64,000 nucleotides of DNA, from contig CAVQYD010000018.1 in NCBI GenBank assembly GCA_963718035.1, forward strand, positions 301 to 64,300. Direction: 5' to 3'. The DNA comes from an uncultured Alphaproteobacteria bacterium. GTDB taxonomy: Bacteria; Pseudomonadota; Alphaproteobacteria; Rhizobiales; Xanthobacteraceae. The translations under genes were made by a program, and so were the position numbers. The stretch's first letter is position 1; every line of letters begins with the position of its first letter. The notes under the pieces are model-generated. The model saw nothing but the letters and a program-made list of their open reading frames with translations. It was not told the origin of the DNA and ran no database searches. Shown piece after piece: positions 49,375 to 59,034 of the stretch.

Positions 49375-50400
49375 CTACTCGATCACCTCATCGGCGCGCG
49401 TGAGCAGCCGCGCCGGCGGCTCGATGCCGAGCGCCTTCGCGGTCTTCAGGTTGATCGCCAGGTAGAATTTGGCCGGCACCTCGACCGGCAGGTCGGCGGG
49501 CTTTGTGCCTTTCAGGATCCGGTCGGTATAGCGCGCGAGCGAGCGGTAGAGCTCGCGCACGTTCGGCCCGTAGGTCATCAGCAATCCCTTCTGCGCGAAG
49601 GGATACCAGCCAGACACCGACGGCAGCTTTGCATCGCGCGCCAGGCCGGCCACGCGCTCGCTGACCTCGTACATCACGGAATCCGGAAAAACGACCAGCG
49701 CGTCGCAACGGTCGGCAACGATGGCGCGGAAGATCTTGTCGAGATCGCCCTGGTCGCCGGGCGGCGGCGTCCCCTGAAGAAACGATCGCGTCAAAAAAGG
49801 ATAATACGACAGCTCCATCCCGAGCTTCTTCACGACCTCCTCGGTCGCCCGCCGCTCGATATGCTCGCCGGGATGCTGCGGCCGGGCCAGAACGGCGATG
49901 CGCTTCGTGTCGGGCAGCCATTCCTTGAGCAGCTCGACGCGCTTGCCGACCAGCTCGACGGCGAGATAGCTCATGCCGGTGAAGTTGCCGCCTGGCCGCG
50001 CCCAGCTTTGCGCGAGCTTGGCATCGACCGGGTCGCCGCTGAAGCCGAACACCACGGGCTTCGGCGCCTTCGACAGCAGCATGGCGATCGCCATGAATTC
50101 CTGCGTCACGACAACTTCGGGATCGGATGCGAGCGCTTGTTGTGTCGCGGCGGCCATGTCGTCGAGGCCGGTGGCCCAGAACGTGCCGATTTTCAGATTA
50201 CGGCCTTCGACCCAACCGAGCTCGCTCAAGCCCGCGCGCAAGGAATCCAGGTAAGGCGATGGCTGATCCGCCTGCCCCACGCCCAGCCATGCAACGTTTC
50301 GGATCTTGTTCGCTTGGGCCCACGCGGCACGCGGCAAGGTTGCAAGCGAATTGGCAACGGCCGCGCCGCCGGCCAAGGAGATGAAATCGCGCCGTCGCAT
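49375..50400 (-). CDS. ABC substrate-binding protein, paralogue 7
   Basis: MRRRDFISLAGG..RPGGNFTG..ADEVIE; no flanking repeat found. Confidence 0.92.
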   Translation of the reverse strand: MRRRDFISLAGGAAVANSLATLPRAAWAQANKIRNVAWLGVGQADQPSPYLDSLRAGLSELGWVEGRNLKIGTFWATGLDDMAAATQQALASDPEVVVTQEFMAIAMLLSKAPKPVVFGFSGDPVDAKLAQSWARPGGNFTGMSYLAVELVGKRVELLKEWLPDTKRIAVLARPQHPGEHIERRATEEVVKKLGMELSYYPFLTRSFLQGTPPPGDQGDLDKIFRAIVADRCDALVVFPDSVMYEVSERVAGLARDAKLPSVSGWYPFAQKGLLMTYGPNVRELYRSLARYTDRILKGTKPADLPVEVPAKFYLAINLKTAKALGIEPPARLLTRADEVIE

Positions 50401-51007
50401 ACATCACCCCCAAAACTGGTGACACCACGACCGGTGCCGCCCGAGAGGCCAATCGAGGACTGCGCGATTGTCGCGCAGTCCCTCGTCTTTTGCGAGTCCT
50501 AACGCCCTTCGTGCAGCGCGATCAACCTTGGCACCGCGGATTAGTGCTTCGACTTGGTTCGCCGATACGCCCGGCTGCTTGCCATAGGTGCGTAGTCGCA
50601 ATCGCACTGCGTTCGCGTACACCCTCCGAGCGGCAATCTGGGCACGGCGTCGCAAATGTAAGAAACGCCCCGCTGAGATCGGGCGGCATCGCAAGCCGAC
50701 ACGCCGGGGATGACGCAAACGTGATGCAAAAGACCAAGCTTGTACGCTCTCTTGAAAGCGCGCAATGAGCGGGCAATATGTTTCGGCGTCTTGTGCATAG
50801 CTTGCCTGGCGCCGAACTAACATTTTTGGCGATATCGCCGCCGCCGAACTGGAATTCACGCTAATCGTTAGTGGTAAGTCTTAGTATTCAGATTCATTAA
50901 AAGGCGGATGCGGTCTCGGAGAACTTCAAAACCGTACGCGCGCAGCCTTTCGCCGCCACGGCGCTGCGAAGGTGGAAACGAAGTTGATCCTTTGCCGTTA
51001 TAGGACA

Positions 51008-51217
51008 ATGGATCTCAGCAAGCGGCAGTTGTTGCAGGAAGCGCTCGCCAAGGCAGAGGCGCATCATTCCTACATTGCCGTCAGCACGCCGTCGGGCAGT
51101 CGCATCCTGCTGCGTCCCGATTTCACCTGTTACGAAACTTATGTCGAAGGAACAGGCGCCGATGGACAGTTGCTGACGCTCACTTACGAGCAGATCGCGT
51201 CGGTGGACGTGGAATAG
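51008..51217 (+). CDS. small hypothetical protein
   Basis: MDLSKRQLLQEAL..YEQIASVDVE. Confidence 0.55.
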   Translation: MDLSKRQLLQEALAKAEAHHSYIAVSTPSGSRILLRPDFTCYETYVEGTGADGQLLTLTYEQIASVDVE

Positions 51218-51220
51218 ATA

Positions 51221-52364
51221 TTACTTGCGCGCGACGTCAGCCGCTTGATTCCCTTGGGCCGCTTGAGTCCCTTGCGCCGCCGCGGCGCCGTTGTCTTTCG
51301 GGCCCTGCCCGTTCTTGTTTGGCTCTTTCTTGTCCTGTTCCTTGACGTCCGGCTTTGTCGCGCCCTCTTCTTTCACGCCTTGTTTCAGTTCTTGCGCTTT
51401 CGTTTCCGGCTTTTTCGCGCCGTTCGCTTTCACGTCCTGTTTCGCGTCCTGCTTCGTTTTCCTGCTTTTTCGTGTCAGCCGCTTTCGCGTTCTTCTTCGC
51501 CTTCGCGGCCGCTGCCGCGGCGACTTTCGCCTCCGCCAGCTCCTTCAGGCGCGGGTTCGGCACAGGCATCGGGATTTCGTCGGGCCCGTCCCAGGCGAGC
51601 AGGCCGGCGGATTCCTGGCACGGCGCGCCTTGCTGAAGCTTCACGGCCGGGCCTCCGGCAAACGAGACGGTCCAGGTCTCGACAGGAAAGCCGGTGATTG
51701 TCTTGACGTAGTCCTGCGTCTCCTGCGGCAGCGGGCCCTTCTTCGCGCGCCACTCATCGACGCGCCGCGGGCCGGCGTTGTACGCGGCGGCGGCAAGGCC
51801 GAGATTGCCGAAGCGGCGGTAGTGGTCGCGCAGCAGGCGTGCCGAGGCCGGGATCGCCTGCGCCGGGTCGAACGGATTGTCGAGCCGCCGGTTGGCGGCC
51901 GTCTCCGGCATGAACTGCGCGATGCCGAGCGCGCCGGCCGAGCTGATGGCGGCGGGCCGAAAGGTGCTTTCCTGGTACAGGAGCCGGATGAAAAACGGCA
52001 CCGGCAGGTCGTTGTTCAGCGCCGCGTGCACGAGCGTGTCGCAGATTTCCTCGCGCGAGCGGAAGACCACCGGCTTGAGCAGCGGACGCAGCGGCGCCAG
52101 CGGCAGCACCACCGGCGTGTAGTTCGGAATGTTTATGTCGACGCTGACTTTTTCCGGCGGCTTGCCGGCCGGCGTGGTCAGCGAAAACGGAACGAGATCG
52201 CGCCACGACGCCGCCAGCCACGCCGCGAGGAAGACGCCGGCAACACCGGCGCCGATATCGGCGGCGAGCCGGATGCCCCTGCGCTCCGCAATCGTGCTCG
52301 GCAGCAGGCCGGCGATGACGCCGACCAGCGCGAGGAGCGCGATTTCCTGGGCCGTGAAATCCAT
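51221..52364 (-). CDS. SLT-domain lytic transglycosylase with N-terminal TM helices (frameshift in the Lys/Glu-rich tail)
   Basis: QESTF, GALGIAQFMPETA, AAAAYNAGP, ETQDYV. Confidence 0.88.
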
Positions 52365-52457
52365 AATCGGCTATCCGGCGGTGCCTGGAACCATTGCAGC
52401 CGAGGGTGACGAATCTGCGGCGGCGGGCCACGCGCGCGGGCAGCCTAAAGAGAGGTT

Positions 52458-52883
52458 CTACGCAAGGGCTTTCCTCAGGAAGAACTTGACGTACCCGGGA
52501 GGATACCCGTCGAGCGCGCTGAATACCTCGTAGCCGAGCCGCTCGTAAAATGGCCGGGCCTGAAAGCTGTAGGTCTCGAGCGTCGCCCCGACGGCGCCGC
52601 GCGAGCGCGCATAGGCCTCGGCATTCTCGAGAAGCCGCGTCCCGTGCCCTGCCCCGCGCGCGGCTGCGGCGACCCACAAACAAGTGACCTGCAGCCAGCC
52701 TCCCCACAGCAGGCCGAGCACCCCGCCCAGCACGTCGCCGCGCCCGCCGCGCAGGACGAAGTTGACCGGACAGTAGTCGGGCAGACCGGTGGCGGCGATG
52801 TTGTGCATGTCGAGGCCGTTCACAATGAACTGCCGCGCCGCCTCGCCGATGAAAGGCTCGAACTCGATTTGCGCCGTCTCCAT
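52458..52883 (-). CDS. GNAT acetyltransferase
   Basis: LWVAAAARGAGHG, LETYSFQARPFYERLGY. Confidence 0.9.
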   Translation of the reverse strand: METAQIEFEPFIGEAARQFIVNGLDMHNIAATGLPDYCPVNFVLRGGRGDVLGGVLGLLWGGWLQVTCLWVAAAARGAGHGTRLLENAEAYARSRGAVGATLETYSFQARPFYERLGYEVFSALDGYPPGYVKFFLRKALA

Positions 52884-52970
52884 CGCACCGTCCCGGATTT
52901 GCAGGTCGCATAAATTGCGAACCTGATAGCCCGCAATCGCCGGCACGGCCGTTCAACAATGATAAAAACA

Positions 52971-53006
52971 ATGTGAGACTTGATGTGGGACTTGATGTGG
53001 GACTTG
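52971..53006. repeat. 3 x 12 bp tandem repeat
   Basis: atgtgagacttg atgtgggacttg atgtgggacttg. Confidence 0.8.
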
Positions 53007-53037
53007 CAGACCGATCAATCCGCAGCCTTGCGGGACT

Positions 53038-53439
53038 CTAACGCCCGCGGGAGCTGCCGATGCTCGTGCCGCTCGAGCCGCTTATGGACGTAGCGCTGGA
53101 CCCGGTGGTTGACGTGCCGGTCGAGCCGATCACCGGCGCGCTCGGCGCGACCGGCGCATTGCTGGGAGCGGTACTGCCCCTGAAGGTACTGGGCGGAGTG
53201 GCCAACGGCGTGACCGTCGGCATTGCCATTGGGTCGGGCGGACGAATGCCCGCCAGACATTGCCTGATGAACCTGCTTCTTTGCTTCCCTGTATAAAGTT
53301 TCAGCGTCGCCTCGCGCTCGCATGCTTTCTTCATCGCATCTGCGCTTTTTGCTTCGGCAGCGAACGCCGTTTCGCCTGCTGCACCGAAAGCCGCGGCACC
53401 TATCCAAAGAGCAGATGCAAAAACGACTGTCTTCGACAT
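53038..53439 (-). CDS. PsiF-like secreted protein with a Ser/Thr/Pro tail
   Basis: MKKACEREA..L.TGKQRSRFIRQCL. Confidence 0.65.
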   Translation of the reverse strand: MSKTVVFASALWIGAAAFGAAGETAFAAEAKSADAMKKACEREATLKLYTGKQRSRFIRQCLAGIRPPDPMAMPTVTPLATPPSTFRGSTAPSNAPVAPSAPVIGSTGTSTTGSSATSISGSSGTSIGSSRGR

Positions 53440-53920
53440 AGTGCAACTTCCCCGTCGCACGCGCGGCGGCCAAATCAATCATCGAGGGGCTAAAATGCGC
53501 GTCGGGAACGGCTGAGTTGGGGTCTTGCCTGACTGATGCGACCCCGGAGGCCGTTCCCGGCGTGCCGTCCTGAAACTCGCCGCTCCGCCAGGCCCGAACG
53601 TTTGGCGCTAGCAATCGTCGCGGCCTGGCTGGCCCGGTGGCGTCATCCGAACCTCCGTGTCTGTCTGGTACTCTTTTGACATAGGCCGGGTTGGACCGCG
53701 CTTCAAGTATGGACGCGAGGCGCGTTGATATGTCCGCTTTACCCCCGAAAGCGGACATGTGCGGTGCAACAGCGCATGTCCGCTAAGTGCCAATAGATGG
53801 GGTAATCGGCCGGGCGATCTTTGTGGATAGCTGAAGATTTTGGGTGCTGCGCTTCAGGCTGATGGTGAAACGAGGTCACCGTGGTTTACGGGCCTCAAGC
53901 ATCAGAAGGAGAAGCGCAGC

Positions 53921-54952
53921 ATGGAGCATTTTGCCGGACTGGACGTCTCAGTCAAGGAAACGAGCATCTGCATTGTGGATGACACGGGCAGGATCGTTCG
54001 CGAAGCCAAGGTTGCGAGCGAACCCGGAGCTCTGCTGCAGGTGCTGAAGAACAATGCCTATCACTTCAAGCGGATTGGACTGGAAGCCGGGCCACTGTCG
54101 CAGTGGCTTTACAGCGCTCTCGCTGAGTCGGGCTTGCCGGTGATCTGCGTCGAGACGCGGCACATGCGAGCGGTGTTGCAGGCGCAGATCAACAAGACCG
54201 ACCGTAACGATGCCCGCGGTATGGCGCAGATGATGCGGGCGGGACTTTATCGTCCGGTGCATGTGAAGACGTTACGCAGCCAGAAGCTGCGCATGCTGCT
54301 GACCCATCGCAAGCTGCTGCAGTCGAAGGCCATCGCCGTCGAGAATGACCTGCGCGGAACCTTGCGTAACTTCGGCCTCAAGGTCGGGATCGTTGGCAAG
54401 CTGAAGTTCGAGGCGCGCATCAAGGAACTGGTCGAGAATCTCCCCGATCTGGCCATCCTGGTCGAGCCGCTGCTCGTGGTCCGCCGGGTGCTGCGCGAAC
54501 AGATCGCCGTGCTGCACCGCCGCGTGCTGGCCATCGTGCAGGACGATGCGGTGTGCCGGCGCCTGATGACGACCCCGGGTGTTGGTCCGGTGGTGGCGCT
54601 GACATTCCGCGCCACCGTCGATGTGCCCGCGCGCTTTCGAAACTCCAAGGCAGTCGGGGCGGTATTGGGTCTGACCCCGTCCAGGTATCAATCGGGCGAG
54701 ATCAATCGAACCGGCGCGATATCAAAATGCGGGGACGAGATGATGCGAGTGATGCTCTACGAAGCGGCCCAGAGCATGCTGGTACGCTCAGCCAAATGGT
54801 CCTGGCTCAAGGCCTGGGCGATGCAGATCGCCAGGCGCCGCGGCATGAAGAAGGCAATCGTCGCGCTGGCGCGTCGCTTGGCTGTCATCATGCACCGCAT
54901 CTGGGTTGACGGCACCGAGTTCCGCTGGAGCAAGAACGCTGTTGCAGCGTGA
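53921..54952 (+). CDS. IS110-family transposase (intact)
   Basis: FAGLDVS, IGLEAG, NKTDRNDARG, PGVGP, GLTP..YQSGE..RTGAISKCGD. Confidence 0.95.
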   Translation: MEHFAGLDVSVKETSICIVDDTGRIVREAKVASEPGALLQVLKNNAYHFKRIGLEAGPLSQWLYSALAESGLPVICVETRHMRAVLQAQINKTDRNDARGMAQMMRAGLYRPVHVKTLRSQKLRMLLTHRKLLQSKAIAVENDLRGTLRNFGLKVGIVGKLKFEARIKELVENLPDLAILVEPLLVVRRVLREQIAVLHRRVLAIVQDDAVCRRLMTTPGVGPVVALTFRATVDVPARFRNSKAVGAVLGLTPSRYQSGEINRTGAISKCGDEMMRVMLYEAAQSMLVRSAKWSWLKAWAMQIARRRGMKKAIVALARRLAVIMHRIWVDGTEFRWSKNAVAA

Positions 54953-55220
54953 GCGCTGTACATAATCAAACCGGATAGGAGAAACACGAGTTCCACCTCG
55001 CGGTGGCATGATGTCCCTCACGGGACGATGGATGAGGTGAGTTCGCAATGTCCGCTGGACCTGCCGTTCGTCTGACGGCAAGGCCGCCCAATAGATTGTT
55101 CCACCTCGTTCTCGAATCCCATGATGGAAGGGCCTTGGTGCCGATTCCGAAGAGAAGCACGAGCCCGTGAGTGACATCGACACTGTGGTCGTGGACAGTC
55201 TGAAAACGCTTGACCCCAAT
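54953..55220 (+). ncRNA. putative bridge/seek RNA of IS copy 2
   Basis: Stem gaggtg/cacctc encloses atgtccgct (55048) and ccaatag (55088), matching the target; cccat (55118) and agagaag (55151) match the circle junction. Confidence 0.72.
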
Positions 55221-55262
55221 CGGCCGATTAGAGAAGCGGGCATTCGCAAATCGCGCCGAGCG

Positions 55263-55290
55263 AAAAAGAAAGACCGCCTCGCGGCGGTCT
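55263..55290 (-). terminator. intrinsic terminator
   Basis: Minus strand agaccgcc-gcga-ggcggtct-ttcttttt. Confidence 0.75.
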
Positions 55291-55316
55291 CTCCAAATTT
55301 CGATCAGCTGTATTGA

Positions 55317-55974
55317 TCAGGCGACTGCTTGCTTCCGCTTCCTGCGCCATCCAATCAGCCCCAACGCTACGAGACCGGTGGCGAATAGTGGCAGAGCAGC
55401 TGGAAGCGGCGTCTCATTCAGGAAGCCACGGATCTCGCCGCTCCCAAATTGTTGGGTATGAATGTTTAAGTACGCCGTTCCCGCTATTAATCCAGCGAGC
55501 AGATCAGCAAAGGCGCTTGCTGGAGTCTCCGCCATGGGCCGTTATGAATGCTGGATTGTAACTTGAGGCCAGCATCATATCGAAGGTCGCGTTATAGTCG
55601 CCGGATGTCACACTTGCTGGAAAACCGGGGAAAGTTGGCGTTGTCGTCGCCACCATGGCGTTACCATCGGGGGTAGTCACACAGCAGTGAATATGAGCGA
55701 CAGTCGTGGGGCTACCGAGGCCAGCGAAATGAACATCGACGGTCATTTCCGGAATAGCGGTATCGATTGTGACAAGCGCACTGCCCGTTCCGGCAGAGCC
55801 GGTCGGCGGATTTTCAAAATTGCCGAGCGCGGCCCCGAAAGTCAGCGTCGCCGCTTCTGACGTCATTGAGGCGCCAAACGCAGTTACGGCCATGGTGCAG
55901 ATCAAGATCGAGGCGGTTCGAACACTTCGAAACGCACCATTGATTTTAGGCTTTGAGGGTTCTGGGGCGAGCAT
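55317..55974 (-). CDS. CHRD-domain protein with a VPLPA-CTERM sorting signal (frameshift near 55530)
   Basis: ENPPTGSAGTG, TVAHIHCC, AYLNIHT..F.SGEIRGFL, TPLPAALPLFATGL..LG..GWRRKR. Confidence 0.85.
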
Positions 55975-56171
55975 GGTTGGCTCCTCAATGGCAACCCCCC
56001 GAAACATTTTTACTAAAGTCTCAGCACGCCGTCTGAGTAAAATCGTACCCAAAGCAGATCATTTTTTTGTTTCGTGTCCGCTTTGAGCCATTGCAACCTT
56101 GTGTTCGCATTCGAACGTAGGCCAACAAAAAACCTCTTGGCAATTCGCCCGAGGGCTTCCTGGCCACATAG

Positions 56172-56354
56172 CCAATCATCGCCAAGGTCAGCCAAGAGAC
56201 GCTCGCCGAGATGATCGGTACGACGCGCTCCCGCGTGAGCTTTTTTATGAACAAATTTCGAAAATTGGGCTTGATTGACTACAACGGCCAAATCGAAATC
56301 CACAGCTCATTGCTCAATGTCGTTTTGCACGAGGAACCGCACATCAACGGCTGA
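56172..56354 (+). pseudogene. 3' remnant of a Crp/Fnr-family regulator (HTH only)
   Basis: Manual translation PIIAKVSQETLAEMIGTTRSRVSFFMNKFRKLGLIDYNGQIEIHSSLLNVVLHE; preceded by an in-frame TAG. Confidence 0.85.
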
Positions 56355-56381
56355 GCACAGCCAAGAGTGCTTCACTGTATA

Positions 56382-56455
56382 ATGTCCGCTTTGGGTTAAA
56401 AGCGGACATTTTGCGATGCGGGAGCGATGTCTGCTTTACCCCTGAAAGCGGATAT
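56382..56455 (+). repeat. palindromic repeat cluster (A, B)
   Basis: atgtccgcttt-gggtta-aaagcggacat; atgtctgcttt-acccctg-aaagcggatat. Confidence 0.9.
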
Positions 56456-56667
56456 TAGGTACGACACGATCAAAGCGAGCCTTATCCAAATAGGAGGAAG
56501 GATATTCGAAAGTGCGAGCCCGATATTTATTACGGAGCGTGCGACTGCTGCCGCGTTAGTGGCCGCCATATATATTTTGACTGGCTCCGGGAGGGGCGTA
56601 TTGTTCCATGCTTCAAGAAACCTCTACTTGAAGATATGGGAAGACCGCCTCGACACGGGAGGACGCC

Positions 56668-56925
56668 ATGGAAAATCAGGCAATCGGTTGGATCGCAGCC
56701 ATCATCATTGGCGGGATCGCTGGCTGGCTCGCCGAACAGTTCATGAAAAGCGAAATGGGACTTGTGATGAACATCGTCCTAGGCATCGTAGGGGCCGTAG
56801 TCGCTAGTTGGCTGTTCAGTCTGCTCGGTATCTCGCTCGGTGGGTGGATCGGCTATTTGATTACTGGCTTTATCGGAGCATGCATCCTCATCTTTGCCGC
56901 GCGGGCAATCCGACGGACGACATAG
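56668..56925 (+). CDS. GlsB/YeaQ/YmgE family membrane protein
   Basis: IIIGGIAGWLA..NIVLGIVGA.V...LF..IGACIL. Confidence 0.9.
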   Translation: MENQAIGWIAAIIIGGIAGWLAEQFMKSEMGLVMNIVLGIVGAVVASWLFSLLGISLGGWIGYLITGFIGACILIFAARAIRRTT

Positions 56926-56946
56926 CACTCCTGTATCGATCTGAAA

Positions 56947-56972
56947 GTCCGCTTTAGCCCCATAGCGGACAT
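56947..56972. repeat. palindromic repeat (single, probably A reversed)
   Basis: gtccgcttt-agcccc-atagcggacat. Confidence 0.8.
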
Positions 56973-57013
56973 CCGCAGCATTATTGGAGTCGGTGGGTCG
57001 CGATGCCGAGCGC

Positions 57014-57427
57014 CTAGTATATTGACCACAATCCCGGCGTTGCGAGTTCCAAAAGATGACCGTCCGGATCGCGGAAATAGATGCTGCGTCCACCACGTTC
57101 CCAATCGTTGCGCCCTTCGATGGCGACGCCGCGCGAAGCGAGATGCGCCTCCCAGTGATCGAGTTCGTCCTTGCCGATGGCGAACGCCACATGCAACACG
57201 CCATCACCACCATGGCCGGGAATAGTCCCGCTGGGCAGGGCAACGGTTTGCTCGGTAGTGCCCTTGCGAAAGACCAAGAGGACATCGCGTCCGGCCACCG
57301 CATAGGCGGACAACCGATTGTCACTATAGATTGGCTCCAGCCCGAGCACGCCCTCGTAGAAGGCACGGGCCCGCACCATGTCCTCGGTATGGATCGCAGT
57401 TTCCAGGATGCCATCTAGCTTTGGCAT
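57014..57427 (-). CDS. VOC/glyoxalase family protein
   Basis: ILETAI..D..RARAFYEGVLGL, HVAF, SIYFRDPDGHLLEL. Confidence 0.9.
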   Translation of the reverse strand: MPKLDGILETAIHTEDMVRARAFYEGVLGLEPIYSDNRLSAYAVAGRDVLLVFRKGTTEQTVALPSGTIPGHGGDGVLHVAFAIGKDELDHWEAHLASRGVAIEGRNDWERGGRSIYFRDPDGHLLELATPGLWSIY

Positions 57428-57497
57428 AAAATCCTCCAGCGAGCCTTCTGTGGAGCCTGGGCGGCAATGTCAGCTACCAACAGCCAGGAGAACGACC

Positions 57498-57791
57498 ATG
57501 TTAACCTATATCGTGCTTGCCACATTCACCGATCAAGGCGTCAAAAACGCTAAAGACTCACCAAAGCGGGCCGAAGCCTTCAAACAAATGGCGAAGACGT
57601 TTGGAGTGACCGTGAAGGACATATTCTGGACGCAGGGGCGGTATGACATCGTGACAGTTGTGGAGTCTCCAGATGAGCTTTCCGCCACGGCACTTAACTT
57701 GAGCCTTGGCGCACTGGGGAACATCCGCACGGAGTCGCTGCGCGCATTTTCATCAGCGGATATGATGAAGATTGTCGCCAAGATGCTCTAA
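57498..57791 (+). CDS. GYD domain protein
   Basis: YIVL..FTDQG, WTQGRYDIV, GNIRTESLRAF. Confidence 0.9.
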   Translation: MLTYIVLATFTDQGVKNAKDSPKRAEAFKQMAKTFGVTVKDIFWTQGRYDIVTVVESPDELSATALNLSLGALGNIRTESLRAFSSADMMKIVAKML

Positions 57792-57868
57792 CCGGCGGCA
57801 AATGAAAAACCTGCACGCGTTTCTTTGCCCTCTGGGTAATTGGCGGACCTTACGGCCTGTCTGCGTGA

Positions 57869-57941
57869 CGTCCGCTTTACCCCTGAAAGCGGACGATCGC
57901 GGGTGCCCACGCAATGTCCGCTAAGCGCCAAAAGCAGACAT
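57869..57941 (+). repeat. palindromic repeat cluster (B, C; degenerate A upstream)
   Basis: cgtccgcttt-acccctg-aaagcggacg; atgtccgctaa-gcgcca-aaagcagacat. Confidence 0.9.
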
Positions 57942-58017
57942 CGCACTGTAGTTCGATAGACCGAAAGAAACCGCCAACCGTGCTTGCAAACGGCCCCGAA
58001 GGATACATTTAGTTTGT

Positions 58018-58242
58018 ATGACCGATATTCTAGATATTGCTCGTTCGAGCCAAGAAGAACCAAAATTGATTGTCCGCAAGGCACCTCATGCCGCCGTGTG
58101 GTCGGTATGGGCCGTGCTTGAAGGCATCCCACCCGAGGAAATCTTCGAGGGGTCTTCTGAGGAAGAGGCGTCAAGCTGGATCAATACCGGCGGTCAGGCT
58201 TGGCTTGAAGAACGCAGGCGAAAACGCAATGCCTGGCGCTGA
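58018..58242 (+). CDS. small hypothetical protein
   Basis: 74 aa ORF with natural composition. Confidence 0.55.
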   Translation: MTDILDIARSSQEEPKLIVRKAPHAAVWSVWAVLEGIPPEEIFEGSSEEEASSWINTGGQAWLEERRRKRNAWR

Positions 58243-58296
58243 TGCGCGAACTGAAACGATATGTACAACTGGAGGCCGATCACGCAGGAATAAAAT

Positions 58297-58566
58297 CTAG
58301 TGCACTAGCGGGCACTGACCAATTTTGCTTCCCTCGTCGGCGGTTTCGTTCCAGAATTTTTGTAGCTCATCTCCAGCGAGAACATCGCTGATCTTGAGAT
58401 CGGGATTGGGGCACGCCTTGCTTATGCGTTGGTAGAATCGGCCAACGTGCCCTATTCGAGCAAGGGTTTCCTCATTCAGCTTTCCGGACTTCGCCAAGGC
58501 TTCGAGTTTCGCGCGGTTAATCTTGCCGCTCATCAATTCATGATAAGAAAATGATTTGGTGCTCAT
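58297..58566 (-). CDS. small hypothetical protein
   Basis: MSTKSFSYHELMSG.. with upstream aagg. Confidence 0.5.
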   Translation of the reverse strand: MSTKSFSYHELMSGKINRAKLEALAKSGKLNEETLARIGHVGRFYQRISKACPNPDLKISDVLAGDELQKFWNETADEGSKIGQCPLVH

Positions 58567-58591
58567 TTGGTGCCTTCGTCGCACGCGACCT

Positions 58592-58786
58592 CTAGACTTT
58601 CCCTTTGTCCACCAATTCGCGCAATAGTGTTCTCGCCAATCGCTCGGGAGTGTGACCGCCTATGTCAGTGGTCTTGCTCCCGAATGGCGTTCTAACGGTC
58701 ACCATCCTGTCAGAGAATCTGTACGAAGCTTTGGTAATTTTGCCGCCGTATACGTCTGTTATCTCTTTCCAAGCTCCGAGCCTCAT
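58592..58786 (-). CDS. small hypothetical protein
   Basis: MVTVRTPFGSKTTDIGG..ERLARTLLREL. Confidence 0.55.
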   Translation of the reverse strand: MRLGAWKEITDVYGGKITKASYRFSDRMVTVRTPFGSKTTDIGGHTPERLARTLLRELVDKGKV

Positions 58787-58839
58787 TTAGCGGCTTCTCC
58801 CTCTGCCCGTGATCTAAGCGCGTCGCCGCAAAACTCGGG

Positions 58840-59034
58840 TTAAGATGCTGGCGTCGATTTGCTCGCTCGAGCTAACTCATTCATCTGACCGACAAGCTGG
58901 TCCTCCGATTCGGCAAGGTGAAGATACGTTTGTTCCAACCGCAAATACCGTTGGCGACCCTCTTCATCGTGAGTTTGCTTCGCCAAAGTGGCGCACTTTG
59001 CGGCTTGCCTTCTGAAGAATTCGGCATCCCTCAT
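58840..59034 (-). CDS. small helical-hairpin hypothetical protein
   Basis: AEFFRRQAAKCATLA..RQRYLRLEQTYLHLAE. Confidence 0.6.
   Translation of the reverse strand: MRDAEFFRRQAAKCATLAKQTHDEEGRQRYLRLEQTYLHLAESEDQLVGQMNELARASKSTPAS

Larger units (their letters stand above)
53797..55236 (+). mobile_element. IS110-family (IS1111-type) insertion sequence 2
   Basis: Subterminal inverted repeats taatcggccg (53803-53812) and cggccgatta (55221-55230); AG core at both junctions. Confidence 0.92.
53730..55243 (+). repeat. palindromic repeat cluster (B, C split by an IS)
   Basis: atgtccgcttt-acccccg-aaagcggacat; atgtccgctaa-gtgcca-atag|IS|cgggcat. Confidence 0.9.

Noticed and set aside
53015-53793. ORFs starting MSAFGGKAD, MALSGH, MSALGH, MSAKCQ or MPIAD
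   Set aside because: These are translations of the repeat itself, which contains ATG on both strands, and are probably spurious.
55048-55056. ATGTCCGCT inside IS copy 2 as another repeat unit
   Set aside because: It has no partner arm and is better explained as a guide segment of the IS RNA.
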